Assembly: GCA_000388065.2 (NCBI GenBank)
Contig: KB932203.1
Strand: one strand, 5' to 3'
From: Fonticula alba ATCC 38817
Taxonomy: Eukaryota > Protista > Nucleariida
DNA: 64,000 bases
Shown: positions 15,566-28,898 of the stretch, one piece after another
Numbering within the stretch: the first letter of the stretch is position 1
Layout of the letters: the number at the start of each line of letters is the position of its first letter
Made by a program: the position numbers and the translations under genes
Notes under the pieces: model-generated
Told to the model about the DNA's origin: nothing
Databases searched by the model: none
The model's input: the letters and a program-made list of their open reading frames with translations, nothing else

Positions 15566-15603
15566 NNNNNNNNNNNNNNNNNNNNNNNNNNNNNNNNNNN
15601 NNN
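15566..15603. other. Assembly gap (38 N)
   Basis: N run, flanked by short C and G runs. Confidence 1.
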
Positions 15604-16308
15604 GGGACTGTCCTCGCGTCTCGGAAGACGGCGAGGTGGCCCCCTGGCGCATGCACCCTCGCACCTGGCGTTGATTACTCCGCACCAACGCCTGACAATG
15701 AGTCAGAAAGCTCTAAACCCATCCAAATGACATTCTTTGTATCACATGGATGTCTCTTTAGGTTTGTCGGCCCGGCGCCAGTCGGACACTGTGGCCAACC
15801 ACCGAGGCCCGGCCCGCGCCAGCTCCGTTCAGGCCCCCTGTTGTTCGGGGAGAGGCGGGCGGGCTTAGACAACACTCGCCCCGAGCCGATGGCTGTCGGC
15901 GTGATTCCGCACAAGTCACGGGCCGTATGTCGCGCTGCCCTGCCCCCGGAGAAACTCCGGCCATCTTCCCTCCTTTTGGCCCGCCCCCCCCCCTCAGGTG
16001 GGGAGAGTGGCTCGGGCGTTGTTGGAACCACGGAGAGACGCCTTTTTTTTTTCCCCCTCACGCGTGCCCCGCATGCTGTGGCCATGCCTCCGCCGTCGTG
16101 TGTTCTCCTTTTTCCGCCGCCGCTGCGCCCGCCCGGGGGGCTGTCAGGCGCGCGCCCCGTTCCCGACATCACTCCTCCTCTCCCTGTTTCCTCCTCCCTC
16201 GCTGCCCTCCTTTACATCACCCGACCCACTTCCCTCTCCCATCTGTGGTGAACCCTCTGGCTGCCCGCCCACACCTCCTCTCCTCTCCTCCTCCGGGCCG
16301 CCGCTAAA

Positions 16309-16310
<2 letters not shown>

Positions 16311-16361
<51 letters not shown>
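16311..16361 (+). repeat. C51 homopolymer abutting dispersed repeat copy 1
   Basis: Directly visible. Confidence 0.85.
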
Positions 16362-16362
<1 letters not shown>

Positions 16363-16520
16363 CTCTCCCGTTGGCGTGCACGCCCGGCATACCAATGCCG
16401 GCTCTCCGGCTTCCCGGGCTCTGGCGGACGCCTGCCCGCCCTGTGGGCGCTCGCCGCGCGCATACACACACACAGGCACCAAGACACGCCCCGGTTATGA
16501 ACACCCGGGAGCATGTCCAC
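16362..16520 (+). repeat. 159-bp dispersed element, copy 1 (inverted copy at 30517-30675)
   Basis: Manual alignment to the reverse complement of 30517-30675 gives 3 substitutions, all in the central GC/CA-rich segment. Confidence 0.92.
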
Positions 16521-17212
16521 CCCCCCCCCCCCCCCTGCACACTCACACACACACGAACGGTGGGCGGGGGAGGAGAGGGCCAAGATCAGAGATTCCCAGG
16601 CCAACGACGCCATCAGCCCGGACGGCCAACTTCCCCCGGAGCCCCCGGCCGAAAAAAACAGCCTGTCCTGGCGGCTCTCCCCGGCTCGGGGTTGCCCCTT
16701 CGGCCTAGTTCAGCCGCCTGCCCGCGCCCCCCCCCCCCCCGCAGTTGGACACCGGAGATGGTCAATCGGCGGAGGCAGATTGTACAATCGCGATCGGCTT
16801 GGTCACGTGGGGGATCATGCGCCGCTCGGCCGTGATGCGGCACGCCTCATCGCACCCCACTTTCCTCCGGCCCGCCTCCCTGTTCCAGTCCGCTGCTCTT
16901 GCTGCCTGTGCCCCTGCACGAATGGGTCCTATATTATGCACCGCCGCCATCATCGGCGGCATGGAGTTCTATGTAAAAGTGAATCTCGGAAAAGTATTGA
17001 GGAAGGATGCCTGCCCGCGTGTCTGTGTGTGTGTGTGTGTGTGTGTGCCTGAGAGCGCATGTGCCCATGCGTAGACGCATGGCGGAGACTGTGCGAGGCA
17101 GCTTGCCTTCTGGAAGCAAAGGCTCAATGTCTGCATTGTATGTGTGTTTGGGTCTAACAACTCAGAGAGTTGTACATGTGTGTATGTCTATGTGTGTGTG
17201 TGTGCACGCGTG

Positions 17213-17258
<46 letters not shown>

Positions 17259-17396
17259 AGGGAGGCGATCCGGGGGATGAGGGAACAAAAATGGATGGAC
17301 ACCCTCCGAAGGAGCGTAGGCGCGAGATGGGGCAGAGGGAAGGGCGTGGCAAGGTGTATGGCTACCCATCTTCCCTCTCCTTGTTGCTGTCCTCTC

Positions 17397-19893
17397 TCAG
17401 CGCTGGGCATTGGCCACAACCCGGCCTCGACGGGAGAACACCACGAAGAAGAGGATAAATCCGACGCAGGCAAAGCCAATTAGCATGGCCGACAGGCCGC
17501 CGAGGGCAAACATCGCATGCACGGCCCGGTCATGCCGACTGAGCATGAACTTAACCCGGTCCGAGCAGGCCACCACCTCCGGCAGAGGGCTCGGACTGCC
17601 AGGCGGTTCAGGACGGCTACCTCCGGGACGACACTCTGGACTCGGGGCTGGCCGATCATCGGGAACAAGCATGCCACAGCAGTCAAGCTAGGTGTGCGTG
17701 TGTGCGTGTGTGTGTGGGGGGGGGGGGGTATGTGGACAGGCACAGGGGTGTGTCAGTATATCATGGACCGTCACATCTGCGCCCGCCGCCCCAACTGTCA
17801 CACTCTGGACATGGGCGACAAGGGCAGTACATGGGGAGGCACGCATGCGCACAAGGGGACCGCCCCTTGTATGGTCCCCATCATGCACAGCGGCTCCAGG
17901 GCAGAAGATTGGCGTCCTGCCGCCGGCACGTACCCTTTCCTGAACAAAACCGCGCACCGGGACCGGGAGTTTGTCCCAGATTTCGCTCATGGTAATGTCG
18001 ATCTGGGAGATCTCCTGCTGGTAGATGTTCCACCCTGCCGTCAAGCCGACAATGACCGCCACACAGACCATCGATGTCTACGGGAGGGGGTGAGGGGGCC
18101 GGGGGCGTCGGCGGAGGTTATCAAACGCACATAGGGCCATCGCTGTTAGGTTCCCCGGCGGACGTGCAAGCGGCCATTTGTCCCCCCCCCCCTCCTGCCC
18201 CCGTGCCAGCTGCTCCCTGTGGAGCTCAGTCCGTGCCCCCCTCCCCCGCAGGAAGGGGGGAGGAACCCCTGGCCGAGGCTGAATACACCAAGCATGTCCG
18301 TACCAGCAGAATGATCAACAAATTCAGGTAGCGGTTGGTCAAGCGCGCTTCCATGATCATGACCTTGGTGGTCTTGGCCAGGCCGCGGGCCGTGTCCCCG
18401 GCATCGGGCGATTCACCATGCAGCAAGGGACCCCCCGCGGCATCCAGCTCAGCCAGGGTGGCCTGGGGGTTCCGAGCGCTGACGGAAACATGATTCGAGC
18501 CAGCTTCCAGGGGAGCCACCTTGCGTGCAAGGTACTGCGCTTCCTTGCACATGTTAAGGCCGCCCGGAGGGTTGATCCCGCCATCGCCATCGGAGGGGCG
18601 GCACACAGCACCAGGGCCGCCTGCCGAGGGTGCCTCGAAATCCATGGACCCCGACATCATGAGCAGGTCTTCGGAACTATCCGAGCAGCCGGTACTTCCG
18701 CCGGTGGACGTGAGCGCCGAATCCACGCCCAGCGACGCCACCGGGGGGAGTGCCCTCCGGACGCCGCCCCGGGGGACCATGACGGTTTTGAGGCAGCCGG
18801 CACAGGCCCCAGCCTCCAAGCCCGGGCCGCCCCCGGCAGTGGTGTTGATCGAGAACTCCGCACACCGACACGCCTCCTCGCCGGCCAGGGCATCCGCCTG
18901 CTCTTGTGCCAGGGCAGCCCCGTGCTCTTCCTCTTCCTCCTCCTCCTCCTCAAGGTCTGTCTCCACGGGGCACCGCGTGACGCTGGACTCAAGTCGGCGC
19001 TTGATCAGCCGGCTGATTTTGCTGATGGAAAGCATGCCCGCCGCGGCCAGCATCCCGCCGACCATGGTCAACAGGGCCCCCATGCGGGCCAGCAGGACAG
19101 CCGCCGGCAGGGGCTCCAGCGTTCGATGGCCGAGGGCCGTCCACGCGCCGATGGACATGCACCCAAGCCCGGCCAGAGCACCCAAGGCCAACAGCAGGCG
19201 AATGAAGAAGACACACACCCGGTAAGCGACATGGTCCTCCTGCAGACGATAGCGCGATTGCCCGGCGGCCAGGCCCTCGGACAGGGGATGCCGGTCGCCA
19301 AAGTACATGACAAACTCGGAATTGAGCCAGAGGCTGTCGCCGGGGCCGCGGCTGCCGTCACCGGCGCCGGTGGCCCCCGGCCCGGTGGATCCACCAGCCC
19401 CAGGCGGGAAGTCATCGCCCCCCGGCCAGAGTGCCGGGCTGATGAAGGGCGCCGTGGCGGCCGGCGGGCAGTCGCCCGCGCGGCTGGTTGCACTTCCGCG
19501 CCGACTGCGCCCGGTGGATGTGCTTGCCCCGGTGCGGGGTGTACTCGGCGCCCGGGCCGGGGTGGCCGGCTGCAGAAGGGGCCGGCCCTCATCGGCATCA
19601 CTGTCACACTCGGTGTCGGCCCCGGGCGCGGCCGGCTCCCGGCATGGGGGATGCTCCGCCCAGCGGGCTTGCCCATGGCCAGGCGGCATCTTATGCCCGG
19701 GCCCCGAGGTGCCGGGCGGCTGCCCTTGGCGGTCCAGGCCCACATCGAGAGTCGGGCTGGCCAGCGAATCAACAGACGCCAGCAGGGGCCCGGGCGTGGC
19801 GGGCGCCGCTGGCGGCTGCGTGGTCGACCCCTTCTCCGGGCTGGCAGTCCGTATGGACTGGGTCAGGACGCTGATCCAGTTTCCGGTGGTCAT
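17397..19893 (-). CDS. Tetraspanin-like 4-TM protein with long N-terminus and very long TM2-TM3 loop, about 674 aa
   Basis: Exons 19893-18304, 18077-17934 and 17687-17397 (2025 nt, in frame). Four hydrophobic segments. Splicing creates the EC2 signature IWDKLPVPVRGFVQER|LDCCG (CCG at 17681-17673), followed by two more Cys (SPECRP, VVACSDR) before TM4. The start codon is uncertain. Confidence 0.75.
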
Positions 19894-22563
19894 TGCCTGG
19901 CTGCTTGTGGAGGGGTGGCAAAAGGCGAGACGCGGATCAGCGTGCATGCACGGGGCGTCAACCGGCACTCAGGCGTGGTACAGGGGGCAGGGAGGAGGAG
20001 GAGGAGAAGCAGCAGCAGCAGCAGCAGCAGCAGCGGGCAGCACCAAAGAACATACCCTTCTCGCAGGAGGGAAGCTCGGTGGCTCCAAGCGGCAAGGGAG
20101 GGTCGGTGGGGAGAGAGCACACACACACACACACACACACGGCCGGACACCTCGTCCCCAGGTTGCCGAATCCCGGTCACGAAGGAGCGTATCCACGGGG
20201 AGGGCGGCGGGCGAAGAGAGGGGGAGGACTGAAGCCGCCAGGCAAAATGACAAGGCCAGCCAAGGTACCAATAGCTAGACAGGCCCAAGCCCACAGGCAC
20301 AGCGTGCGTCTGGTGCAGAGAACAGGAGCAGTGAGGCGAGGCACAAAGAAGAGGGAAGGGGGGGGGGGGGACAGGAAGCACGTATGCGAGTGTCCCCTTG
20401 CTGCTGTGTGTGCGCCAGCGATCGGGGCCTTTTTTCTTCGTCCCTCCCTTGCCCGAGCCCCCCTTGCCCCCGCCTGCGGCTCTGCTCCCTCGCTTCGGTG
20501 TGGGGATTTGCCTCGTGCCTCGGCACAGCTTACACGCCCGCTGTCAGGCATTATACCGGCACGGGCCCGATCCGGTGAAGCTGCCGGCGGCTCGCCGTCC
20601 AGCATCGCGGGAGGGCCGGGCGCGCGAGGGGCGCGAGGGGCGCCAGAGAGAGATAATCCGCGCGGCCGACGCCGTACAAGGGGGCCAGCCAGCTGGGGTT
20701 GGGGGGAGATCGCGTCTCGATTGTGGGCGGTGCGGGGCACTGCCACTTCCCTCCGACGCCTGCCATGTGAACATGCCCAAGCAGTGTGGCGATCATAGCC
20801 CCGGGTGCGTCGTAGCCGGAACCAGGCCGCGGCTTGTGTGTGCGCATGGTTGTGCGAGTGCTCCGTGGCATGGGGCTCCGGAGCCGCGGGGGGGGGAGGG
20901 GGGGGGGGGGGGGCGGGGGGGAGGCAGGGGCATCCTCAGTCGCAAATGCTCTCTTCCATGCGCCGAGCTCGATGACGCTCAACGCAGGGACGACCGGGCC
21001 CGCGCATGGCCCCAGCATCCCGGCAGAGGTACACTGCTGCGCAGGTACGCCCGTCACCGATCCTCCCGAGTGCTGACGAGAGAATACGAGGTGGGCAAGC
21101 TGCGCGGGTATCCGGCTCCGAATACATCCTCCCCACGGGTGGGACGACAAAGACACTGACGAGCCACCTGCGAGTAAGATACATCCGTGCCCGGGGCGCG
21201 AGGGGGGGCATCAAACCGTTCATGGCCAACATTCCGCGTGGGAAACCTCGCAGCCCATTCCCAAGGCTATCAGGTGTAACGCCAGGGGGGGGGGAGGGGG
21301 GGGCGGGGATGAAGGAGGCAGCACTGGTGTCCTTGAGGAGTTCGGTGCAGCCGCATGTACTCACGGGCGAAGCCGCCCCACCAAGACATTCGGCCATTGC
21401 GCCGGCACGATCGGCCGTCCGGTTGGGCAACGCGTGGATCGGGGCTGGGCTCCTCGCGGAGATGCAGCGACCCCCACACATAGGCCCCAGGCCCGGGACC
21501 TAGCGTGGAGGGGCCTCCCATGCCCTCCCCCGCCCCCCCCCCCCCCCGCCCGATGGCTCGTCGGCCCCCTGTCGCCCAGACGCCCTGCCCCTACTCGCCA
21601 TGAGGCCAAGAGGGATTCCCAATTGCATGTGGCATCGAAACGACATGCCTCGTCGGCTCCGACGAGAAGGCCGGGGGCGAGGGCGGGGGGGGGGGGGGCG
21701 CGGATCGACCATACGGACACCCGTGTGTGCTGCTGCGTGAAAGCGTGTGAGTCACCACCCCATACGCACAGGCGCTGGGGCTGGGGAAGGTCGTCGGGCG
21801 GCGGAATGAAGAAGCCAGAGAATCGGGCGTGAATGCGGGTGACTGCATCGGCGGCGGCCTCCTCCCCCACAACTACATCACCCCGCCTGGGTGGCCCCGT
21901 GGGGTTTTGCTCGACGGCGCCTTCAACCCGAAGGGCTGTGCGTGTTCCGTGCGCGTACGTGGGTGTGTGTGTGTGTACGGGGGGGGGGGGCGGGAGGGGG
22001 GAACAAGAGGAAGAGAGGGGCAGAGGGGGGCAGAGGAGGCGTGGCCTTCGGTGAGCCTTCGACCGGAGTCCGACGAGCCCGCAGGCGGGGTAGCGCGGGG
22101 AAAGGGGCGCAGAGGGGGGCGACGGTGGAGTGTTTTGAATGGGCCTTCCGTTGGTGGTTTTCCTACTTCCCGGGTCCATGGGGCTGCCCGGGGCGCGCGT
22201 GCGTATGTGCGTGTGCCTATGCGCGCGCACGCGCGCGCGCGCGGAGAGGAGGGGCAGGGGGTCAGTTATCTCCCTGCTCGGCACATGGCCACGCGCCGGG
22301 GGCAGGCTTTTCGCCCGACGGCTGGTCTCGGTCAAGGCTCGCTGCTCCGCCTGACGCCCCGGCCGCGGCTGCAGACCGCCGTGGGGGGGGGGGGGCCAGG
22401 GGAGGAGGCCTGCCGGCCTGAGGCGGTGGCGGCTCTCGGAGCCAGCAGCGACAGGAGGATCAGCAGGACGAGGCCCGGCGGTGGCGTCGTGTGCGCCGCT
22501 TCCCACGGGCACGTACGTTGGCACTGGATTGTGTATTTCCCCCTCCCCCCGGACACCGCGCAG

Positions 22564-22564
<1 letters not shown>

Positions 22565-22593
<29 letters not shown>
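22565..22593 (+). repeat. G29 homopolymer, intergenic
   Basis: Directly visible. Confidence 0.85.
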
Positions 22594-22595
<2 letters not shown>

Positions 22596-23025
22596 ACCAT
22601 TTCGGCCACAAACGTGGGGCAATTCTTCCATCCCCTGCCGCGCGAAGCCGGGCCCTGCCTGCCAGGAGGGGGGAAGGGGGCACAATGTGTGGTATTTGGG
22701 TACATGGGGGGGGGGGCAAGGGCAGGAGAGGAGAGGAGAGGGAAGCAGCGCCCACGCCCCTCGCAACATAAAGGCACTGTGAGGGGCAGGGGAGGAGGGA
22801 GCGAGAAGGACCGCGGGCCGGAAAGAGGGAGGGAAGGGAGGGAGAAGATGATGCTCCCGAAGGCTAAATATACAAAACGGACGGTCCAGTCCCTCGCTGC
22901 AGAGGGGGGAAAAGAGGGGGGGGAAGGGGAGAGCACACGCCCAGGAGAAGGAGGGGAGGAAACAACAAAGGCCAGCGAAGGGCGAAGATGGCCGGCCGCC
23001 AGGCACAGGCCGGGAGGCCACACGC

Positions 23026-24599
23026 TCAGTAGCGGCGGGACCGGTCATCACGGTACCGGTCGTCGCGGGGGCGCTCATCGCGAGAGCGCTCGTCGCGGTA
23101 CCGGTCCTCGCGGGGGCGGTCATCTCGACGGTCGTCGCCGCGGTACCGGTCATCGCGACGGTCGTCGCCGCGGTACCGGTCGTCGCGGCGATCATCGCGG
23201 TACCGGTCATCCCGGGGCCGGTCGTCGCGGTACCGATCGTCGCGGGGCCGGCCACCATGGCGATCGCGATCACGCTCACGGTCACGGTCGCGGAAGTGAT
23301 CGCCACGCCCGCCGCGGAAGTCCCGACCACGGTCGAAGTCCCGGTCGCGACGATGGTGGTCACCGCCGTCCGGGCCGCCGCCACCGAAGCCCCCGCGGTG
23401 GTGGTGGTGGTGGTGATGATGGGCGTGGTGCCCGGACGGCGGGCCATGGTGCTGATGCTGCAGCCCCATGGCAGCCAGCTCGGCATGGCGCGCGCGAACC
23501 GCCACCAGACCCGCATGCAGACGCCCGGAGTGGTGATCCTCCAGACACTTGTCCGAATCGTCACGGCTCAACATGGCCGGGCACGAATCGCACACGAACA
23601 TCTTCAGCGTGTTGGACGCCACGCCGAGGCTGGCCGCGGTGGCGCTCTCCGCCTCGCGGAGCTCCGCCTGCAGACGGCTCTGGGACTCCTTCAGCACACT
23701 GGCCTCGTTGAGGATTTGCAGAGACTCATCGACGAGACCCTCGCCACCGAGGCGCTCGGCCTCGGCCTCCAGCTCGGTGAGCTTCTCGGTGACTTTGTTG
23801 TACTCCAGGCGCTATGAACGTCGGGGGGACGGGGGGGGGGGAGGGGGGGAGCGGGAGCGGGAGGGAAAGGGGGCACATCAGGCGGGTTAATACCAAAAGG
23901 GAGAGGAACGCGCGGCGAAGGGACCCCACCCAAGGGAGAGGATGGCGCACAATGTCCAGGATGGCGCTGTCCTCCCAGGCGCGTTTCTTGTTGTCGAGAT
24001 CCGCCTTCATGCGGTTAATTTCACGGTCCGCGCGCTGGACGATCCGACCGAGGTTCTGCAGGAGCGAGTACAGGTAGCCAAAGGGATCGACAGCGCGAGC
24101 AGGCAGGGGAGCATCGCCACTCTCGGCCTTCATGCGCGCCGACAGCTCCTCGACCTCCTTCTCATACAGCCGGCGCATGGCGTCCGAGTGAATGTGCGGG
24201 CAGCGACCCTCATCGAGGTGCTACAGGCCGCGAGAAAGCCAGGCCGCGAGAAAGCCAGGCCACGGCGTTAGTCTCATGAAAGGGACAGGGGGCCACCACG
24301 CGGCACAGTTAACGGGAGGGGGGGGGAGGGACGGGGCGAACGCACGGTGTTGTGGAAGAGCTCATGCGGGCACATGCCGACAAGGTACATCTTGCAGATG
24401 TTGTCGTCGGTGAAGTGCATCCTCGAGGAGGACTCTGATGGTAAACGGGGAGGGGAGGGGGGAAGGAGAAAAGTGTCAGAAGGAAGCCACACGAGGGGCA
24501 GATGGCGAGGAGGAAAGCGGGAGAGACGCTTCACGCACCGGTGACGCCAATCGAGCTGAAGAGCTCGATCAGCACACGGCGACGCTCGGTGTAAGCCAT
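23026..24599 (-). CDS. LUC7: U1 snRNP-associated Luc7 family protein, about 401 aa
   Basis: Exons 24599-24539, 24434-24346, 24220-23951 and 23811-23026 (1206 nt). ZnF1 ICKMYLVGMCPHELFHNT|HLDEGRCPHIH (CCCH), then a coiled coil, then ZnF2 FVCDSCPAMLSRDDSDKCLEDHHSGRLH (C2H2), then a poly-His and RD/RE-rich tail. Confidence 0.93.
24225..24261 (-). repeat. 16-bp tandem duplication between the branch point and acceptor of LUC7 intron 2
   Basis: aggccgcgagaaagcc x2 plus a partial copy; the CTAAC branch motif lies just upstream on the - strand (about 24268-24272). Confidence 0.8.
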
Positions 24600-24763
24600 G
24601 GCCGAAAGGGAGGGCGGAGATGGGAAGGGGGGCGAAGAGTGGAAAGCGCTGTAGACCATCACCAGGGAAGGGGGCTGTGTCAGTGGCGAATGTAGAGAGG
24701 AGGGGGAGGGGAGCGACACAAAGGAGGTGTGCCCTGAGGCGGTAGTCGCCCCCACACGCGCGG

Positions 24764-24799
<36 letters not shown>

Positions 24800-26441
24800 A
24801 AGGCAGCAATTGCGCGCACGAACCCGAGAAAAGGAGGGATGCGCAAACAAGGAGGAAGGAGTTGGAAGCAGGCGCGATGGGCAGAGGGAGGGGGGAGGGG
24901 AGGGGAGATGGGTGGACACAAGTCCCCGACCGGGGCCGGGGCCGCACTGGTCGCCGGCGGCGCAAATATGAATGAGATGTGCGTGATGATGCCCTATTCT
25001 CACGTGCCTCTTCCAAAGGAACGACATTCTCTGAGGAATGTAGCTCAGGCCCTACCCTCGGAGGTACATCGCCATAGCCGAGGTCTGCGGCTTGCAACCA
25101 CAGGAGGCGGGGGGGAGGCTCTTTCCATGCCCCCGCCGCGAGGCCGGGTGCGGCCGGGAACAAGAAGCGGCATGCGCGGGGTGGTAAATGAAGGGCAGAC
25201 ATTGCGTTCCGCAGGCCGCTGGCTGGGGGCCGGCGGGCGGGCGGGCTGGGGGCGACGGAGCGGGACGGAGAGAGAGCTGGCCGGTGCGGTGGGGGCACAG
25301 AGCCATCCCAGCCGCGCCGCTGTGTGTGCGCGCATCAGCGGCCTCCGACTAGCGGAGGGGGATTCGGCGAGAGCGGAGGCCGGGCACACTGGGCCCGCTT
25401 CCAAAGTGGTCTCGCTTGGTGCGGCCCCCCCAGAGACCGCCCTGTGGTCCTGGACACACCGGGGCCGGTTTGCAGGCCGTTGCCAGTGGACGGGCTCTGG
25501 TCCCCTGCCCTCGAGGGGGGGGGGAGCCGATGCGAGGAACAGGATCGCCCGGGGGTGTGGTTCCCCCCCCTCCCCCCGGAGGAAACCTTCGCAGTTTGTC
25601 CACGCGCCTACACTAGTTCCAGAATGATCCTATTGGGCTGGGTTTGCTTTGGCTCGCGCGTTCCTCTCCCCACTCACTCCAGGGGCCTTGCCGGTCCGGC
25701 CGGGAAGGAATTGAGCCAGTGAACGAGCAACGTCGGCGAGGGCCCCTCACCACGCATGCAGGTCCGGCTGCAACGTCCACCGGTCCTGGGCCGCAGCCGC
25801 TGAGGGGGCGCGAGAGAGGGCCTCGCAGAGCGAGGAAGACAAGCAGGGCCTCGCAGAGCGCGCGAAACCGCCATCATTCCTCCCACCTCGCCCGGAGTCC
25901 GGGCTTCCCCCCCCCCCCCCGAGAGGGGGGAGGAGGACGCAGCGGCCCGGAGAGGCCCCGCCCGCCAGGGGGCCCTTGCTGCCGCTTGTCCTGTGAAGAG
26001 CGGCCAGTATGGCCCCTCCACCGCCCAGGCGGGCCCCTTACACGGACTCCGATACTCCCCCCCTTGTCATCCCTCCCGATCGACCTGCTGTATCTCTTTT
26101 GTCCCCGTGCGTCCTCTCGCACGGAGCCTTCCTCCTCCCCCTCCCCCCTCCCCCCTCCCCCTCTCCCTCTGCCCCTCCTCCCCGCGCTCTCGCTCTGGCT
26201 GCTCGCGGCGTCCATCCGCGGCGCGATCTTTCCCGTCCATCTTCGGCTTCTCCCCGATCCACGATGCCCCATGCGGTTGCCCTCGCCCTCCTCTGCGCAC
26301 GCACACGCACGCACAAGTCCCCGGTCGCTCGCTGACACACTTGCTGGTGACCAGTTTCCCCTGCCCCCTCCCCCTTTTTTCCCATAACCACCCGCCGTCT
26401 CCCACACGAGTCCGTTTGGTTGCCCTCCCCCTCTCCTCCCC

Positions 26442-28898
26442 ATGTCCAACGCCATCTCCGCCCTCAACCCCAAGGCCGAGTTCGCTCGCCGTGGCCAGGC
26501 CCTTCAGCTGAACATCAATGCCGCCTCCGGTCTGCAGGATGTCCTCCGCTCGAACCTCGGCCCGCGCGGTACCATCAAGATGTGCGTCGTCGCCGTGCGC
26601 TCCTGAGCGCGCCACTTTGGCCGGCCACCGATTTTGACCCCTCGCATTGCCCCCTCATTTCCCGGCCTCGCGCTAGGCTTGTCTCCGGCTCCGGTGACAT
26701 CAAGCTGACCAAGGATGGCAAGGTCCTCCTCGGGGAGATGGTACGCCGCCCCTTGCGCATTCGTCCATCCGCCTGTCTGCCACTCAAATGACACTGACAC
26801 GGCCCCCCTCCCCGCCCCCCCCCCCTTGCATGCCTCCCGGTGACGGCGCACGTCACACAGCAAATCCAGAACCCCACCGCCGCCATGATCGCCCGCGCGG
26901 CCACCGCCCAGGATGACATCACCGGTGACGGCACCACCTCCAACGTCCTGCTGATTGGTGAGCTCCTCAAGCAGGCCAACCACTTCCTGTCCGAGGGCCT
27001 GCACCCGCGCCTGTGCACCGATGGCTTTGAGACTGCCAAGACTGAGGCCATCAAGGTGCGTCCCCTCTCCCGCGCTCCCCTCCCCCTGGCCACAGTGGGG
27101 ATGCTTGGACAGTGTGCCCTGCCCTGCCTCTTCGCCCCTCCTCCTCCTCCTCCGGCCCGGAGGCCGCCAGGCCCAAACACGTCACATATGCCCCTCCGTG
27201 CTAACCGCCGAGCCCCTGCCCCCGCCCCCCCCAACAGTTCCTCAACGAGTACCGCATTGAGAAGGAGGTCACTCGCGATCTGCTGATCGAGGTGGCCCGG
27301 ACTTCCCTCCGGACTAAGGTGTGTCACTGCACGCGCATGCGCCCATCTGCCTCCTGTGGGGCCGTGCTGGCCCTCTCCCTCTCCCCCCTTGCCCTGACGC
27401 CGGACATCTTACCCTCCTCCTTCCCCCCCCCCTCCCTCCCTCCAGCTCCACCACGAGCTTGCCGACCTCATCACCGAGCACATTGTCGACTCGGTGCTGA
27501 CCATCCAGCGCGAGGGCGAGCGCGTGGACCTCTTCATGGTGGAGATCATGAAGATGATGCACCGGACCGACATGGAGTCGCGCCTGGTCAAGGGCCTGGT
27601 GCTGGACCATGGTGCCCGCCACCCGGACATGCCCAAGCGCCTGCAGAACTGCTACATCCTCACCTGCAATGTCTCCCTCGAGTATGAGAAGACCGAGATC
27701 AACTCCGGGTTCTTCTACTCCTCGGCCGAGGAGCGCGACCGCATGGTTGCCGCCGAGCGCCGCCATACCGACGATCGCGTGCAGAAGGTCATCGAGCTCA
27801 AGCGCAAGGTCTGCCCCCCGGGCAGCGGTAAGAGCTTCGTCCTCATCAACCAGAAGGGCATTGACCCGCTGTCTCTGGACATGCTGGCCCGTGAGGGGAT
27901 CTTCGCTGTGCGCCGCGCCAAGCGCCGTAACATGGAGCGCATGACTCGCGCCTGCGGTGGTGTACGTGTCGACGTGTCTGAGGCGGGGGGGTGGGGGCTT
28001 CTTTCCTTTTTCTTCTCGTGCCACACCACACGGCCGGACTAACCGTACATGCCCCCATGCTTTTTTGCTGCACGGGGGGCTGCCCCTCGGTCCATCCCGC
28101 AGGTGGCCGTCAACTCCTTCGACGAGATGGACGAGAGCATCCTCGGCCATGCGGGCCTGGTGTACGAGCACACCCTCGGCGAGGAGAAGTACACCTTCGT
28201 CGAGGAGGTGGAGAACCCCTTCTCTTGCACCCTGCTCATCAAGGGTGCGTCCGTGGCATCCTCCTGGCCAATATTGACTGTGGTGCCATGCGCGCATGCA
28301 CACGCGTCGCCCATGCCATGTGCCCTCCTCCGTCGCGCCGCGACACCCGCCCCGGAAGCTGACCGCCCCATTTCCCTGGCCCCCCCCCCCTCTCCTCCAA
28401 CACCCAACAGGCCCCAACAAGCACACCCTGGACCAGATCGTCGAGGCCATTCGCGATGGCCTGCGCGCCGTCAAGAACACCATCGAGGACAAGTCCGTCG
28501 TCCCGGGCGCCGGCGCCTTCGAGGTGGCTGCCTACCTGCACCTGATGAAGTTCAAGAACACCATCAAGGACAAGTCCAGCATGGGTGTCGTGGCCTTTGC
28601 CCAGGCCCTGCTCGTGGTCCCCAAGGTCCTGGCCCAGAACGGCGGCCACGACCCGCTTGACGCCCTGGTCAAGGTCCAGGCCGAGGCCGCCGAGGGCCAC
28701 CACGCCGGCATCGACGTCAACACCGGTGAGCCCCTGGACCCGACCGTCGAGGGGATTTGGGACAACTACCGCGTCAAGCGCCAGCTCCTGCACTCGTGCT
28801 CCACCATCGCCGGCAACCTGCTGCTGGTGGACGAGATGATCCGCGCCGGCCGCGCCACCACCAAGAACGGCCCCGACGGCCAGGAGATGGCCATGTAA
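26442..28898 (+). CDS. CCT6: T-complex protein 1 subunit zeta (CCT6), about 541 aa, 7 exons
   Basis: Exons 26442-26581, 26677-26740, 26861-27055, 27238-27318, 27446-27961, 28103-28244 and 28411-28898 (1626 nt). Motifs: [73 protein letters not shown]. Confidence 0.97.

Noticed and set aside
18418-20232. 604-aa + strand ORF
   Set aside because: Antisense to the tetraspanin exon; typical GC-rich stop-poor shadow.
20760-21500. Complex-looking intergenic sequence with several overlapping 160-250-aa ORFs
   Set aside because: No motif, no coherent splice structure and no preferred strand; cannot support a gene call.
26582-28410. Possible snoRNAs in CCT6 introns (vertebrate CCT6A hosts H/ACA snoRNAs)
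   Set aside because: The introns are short (95-182 nt) and pyrimidine-rich, and I saw no convincing C/D or H/ACA boxes or hairpins.
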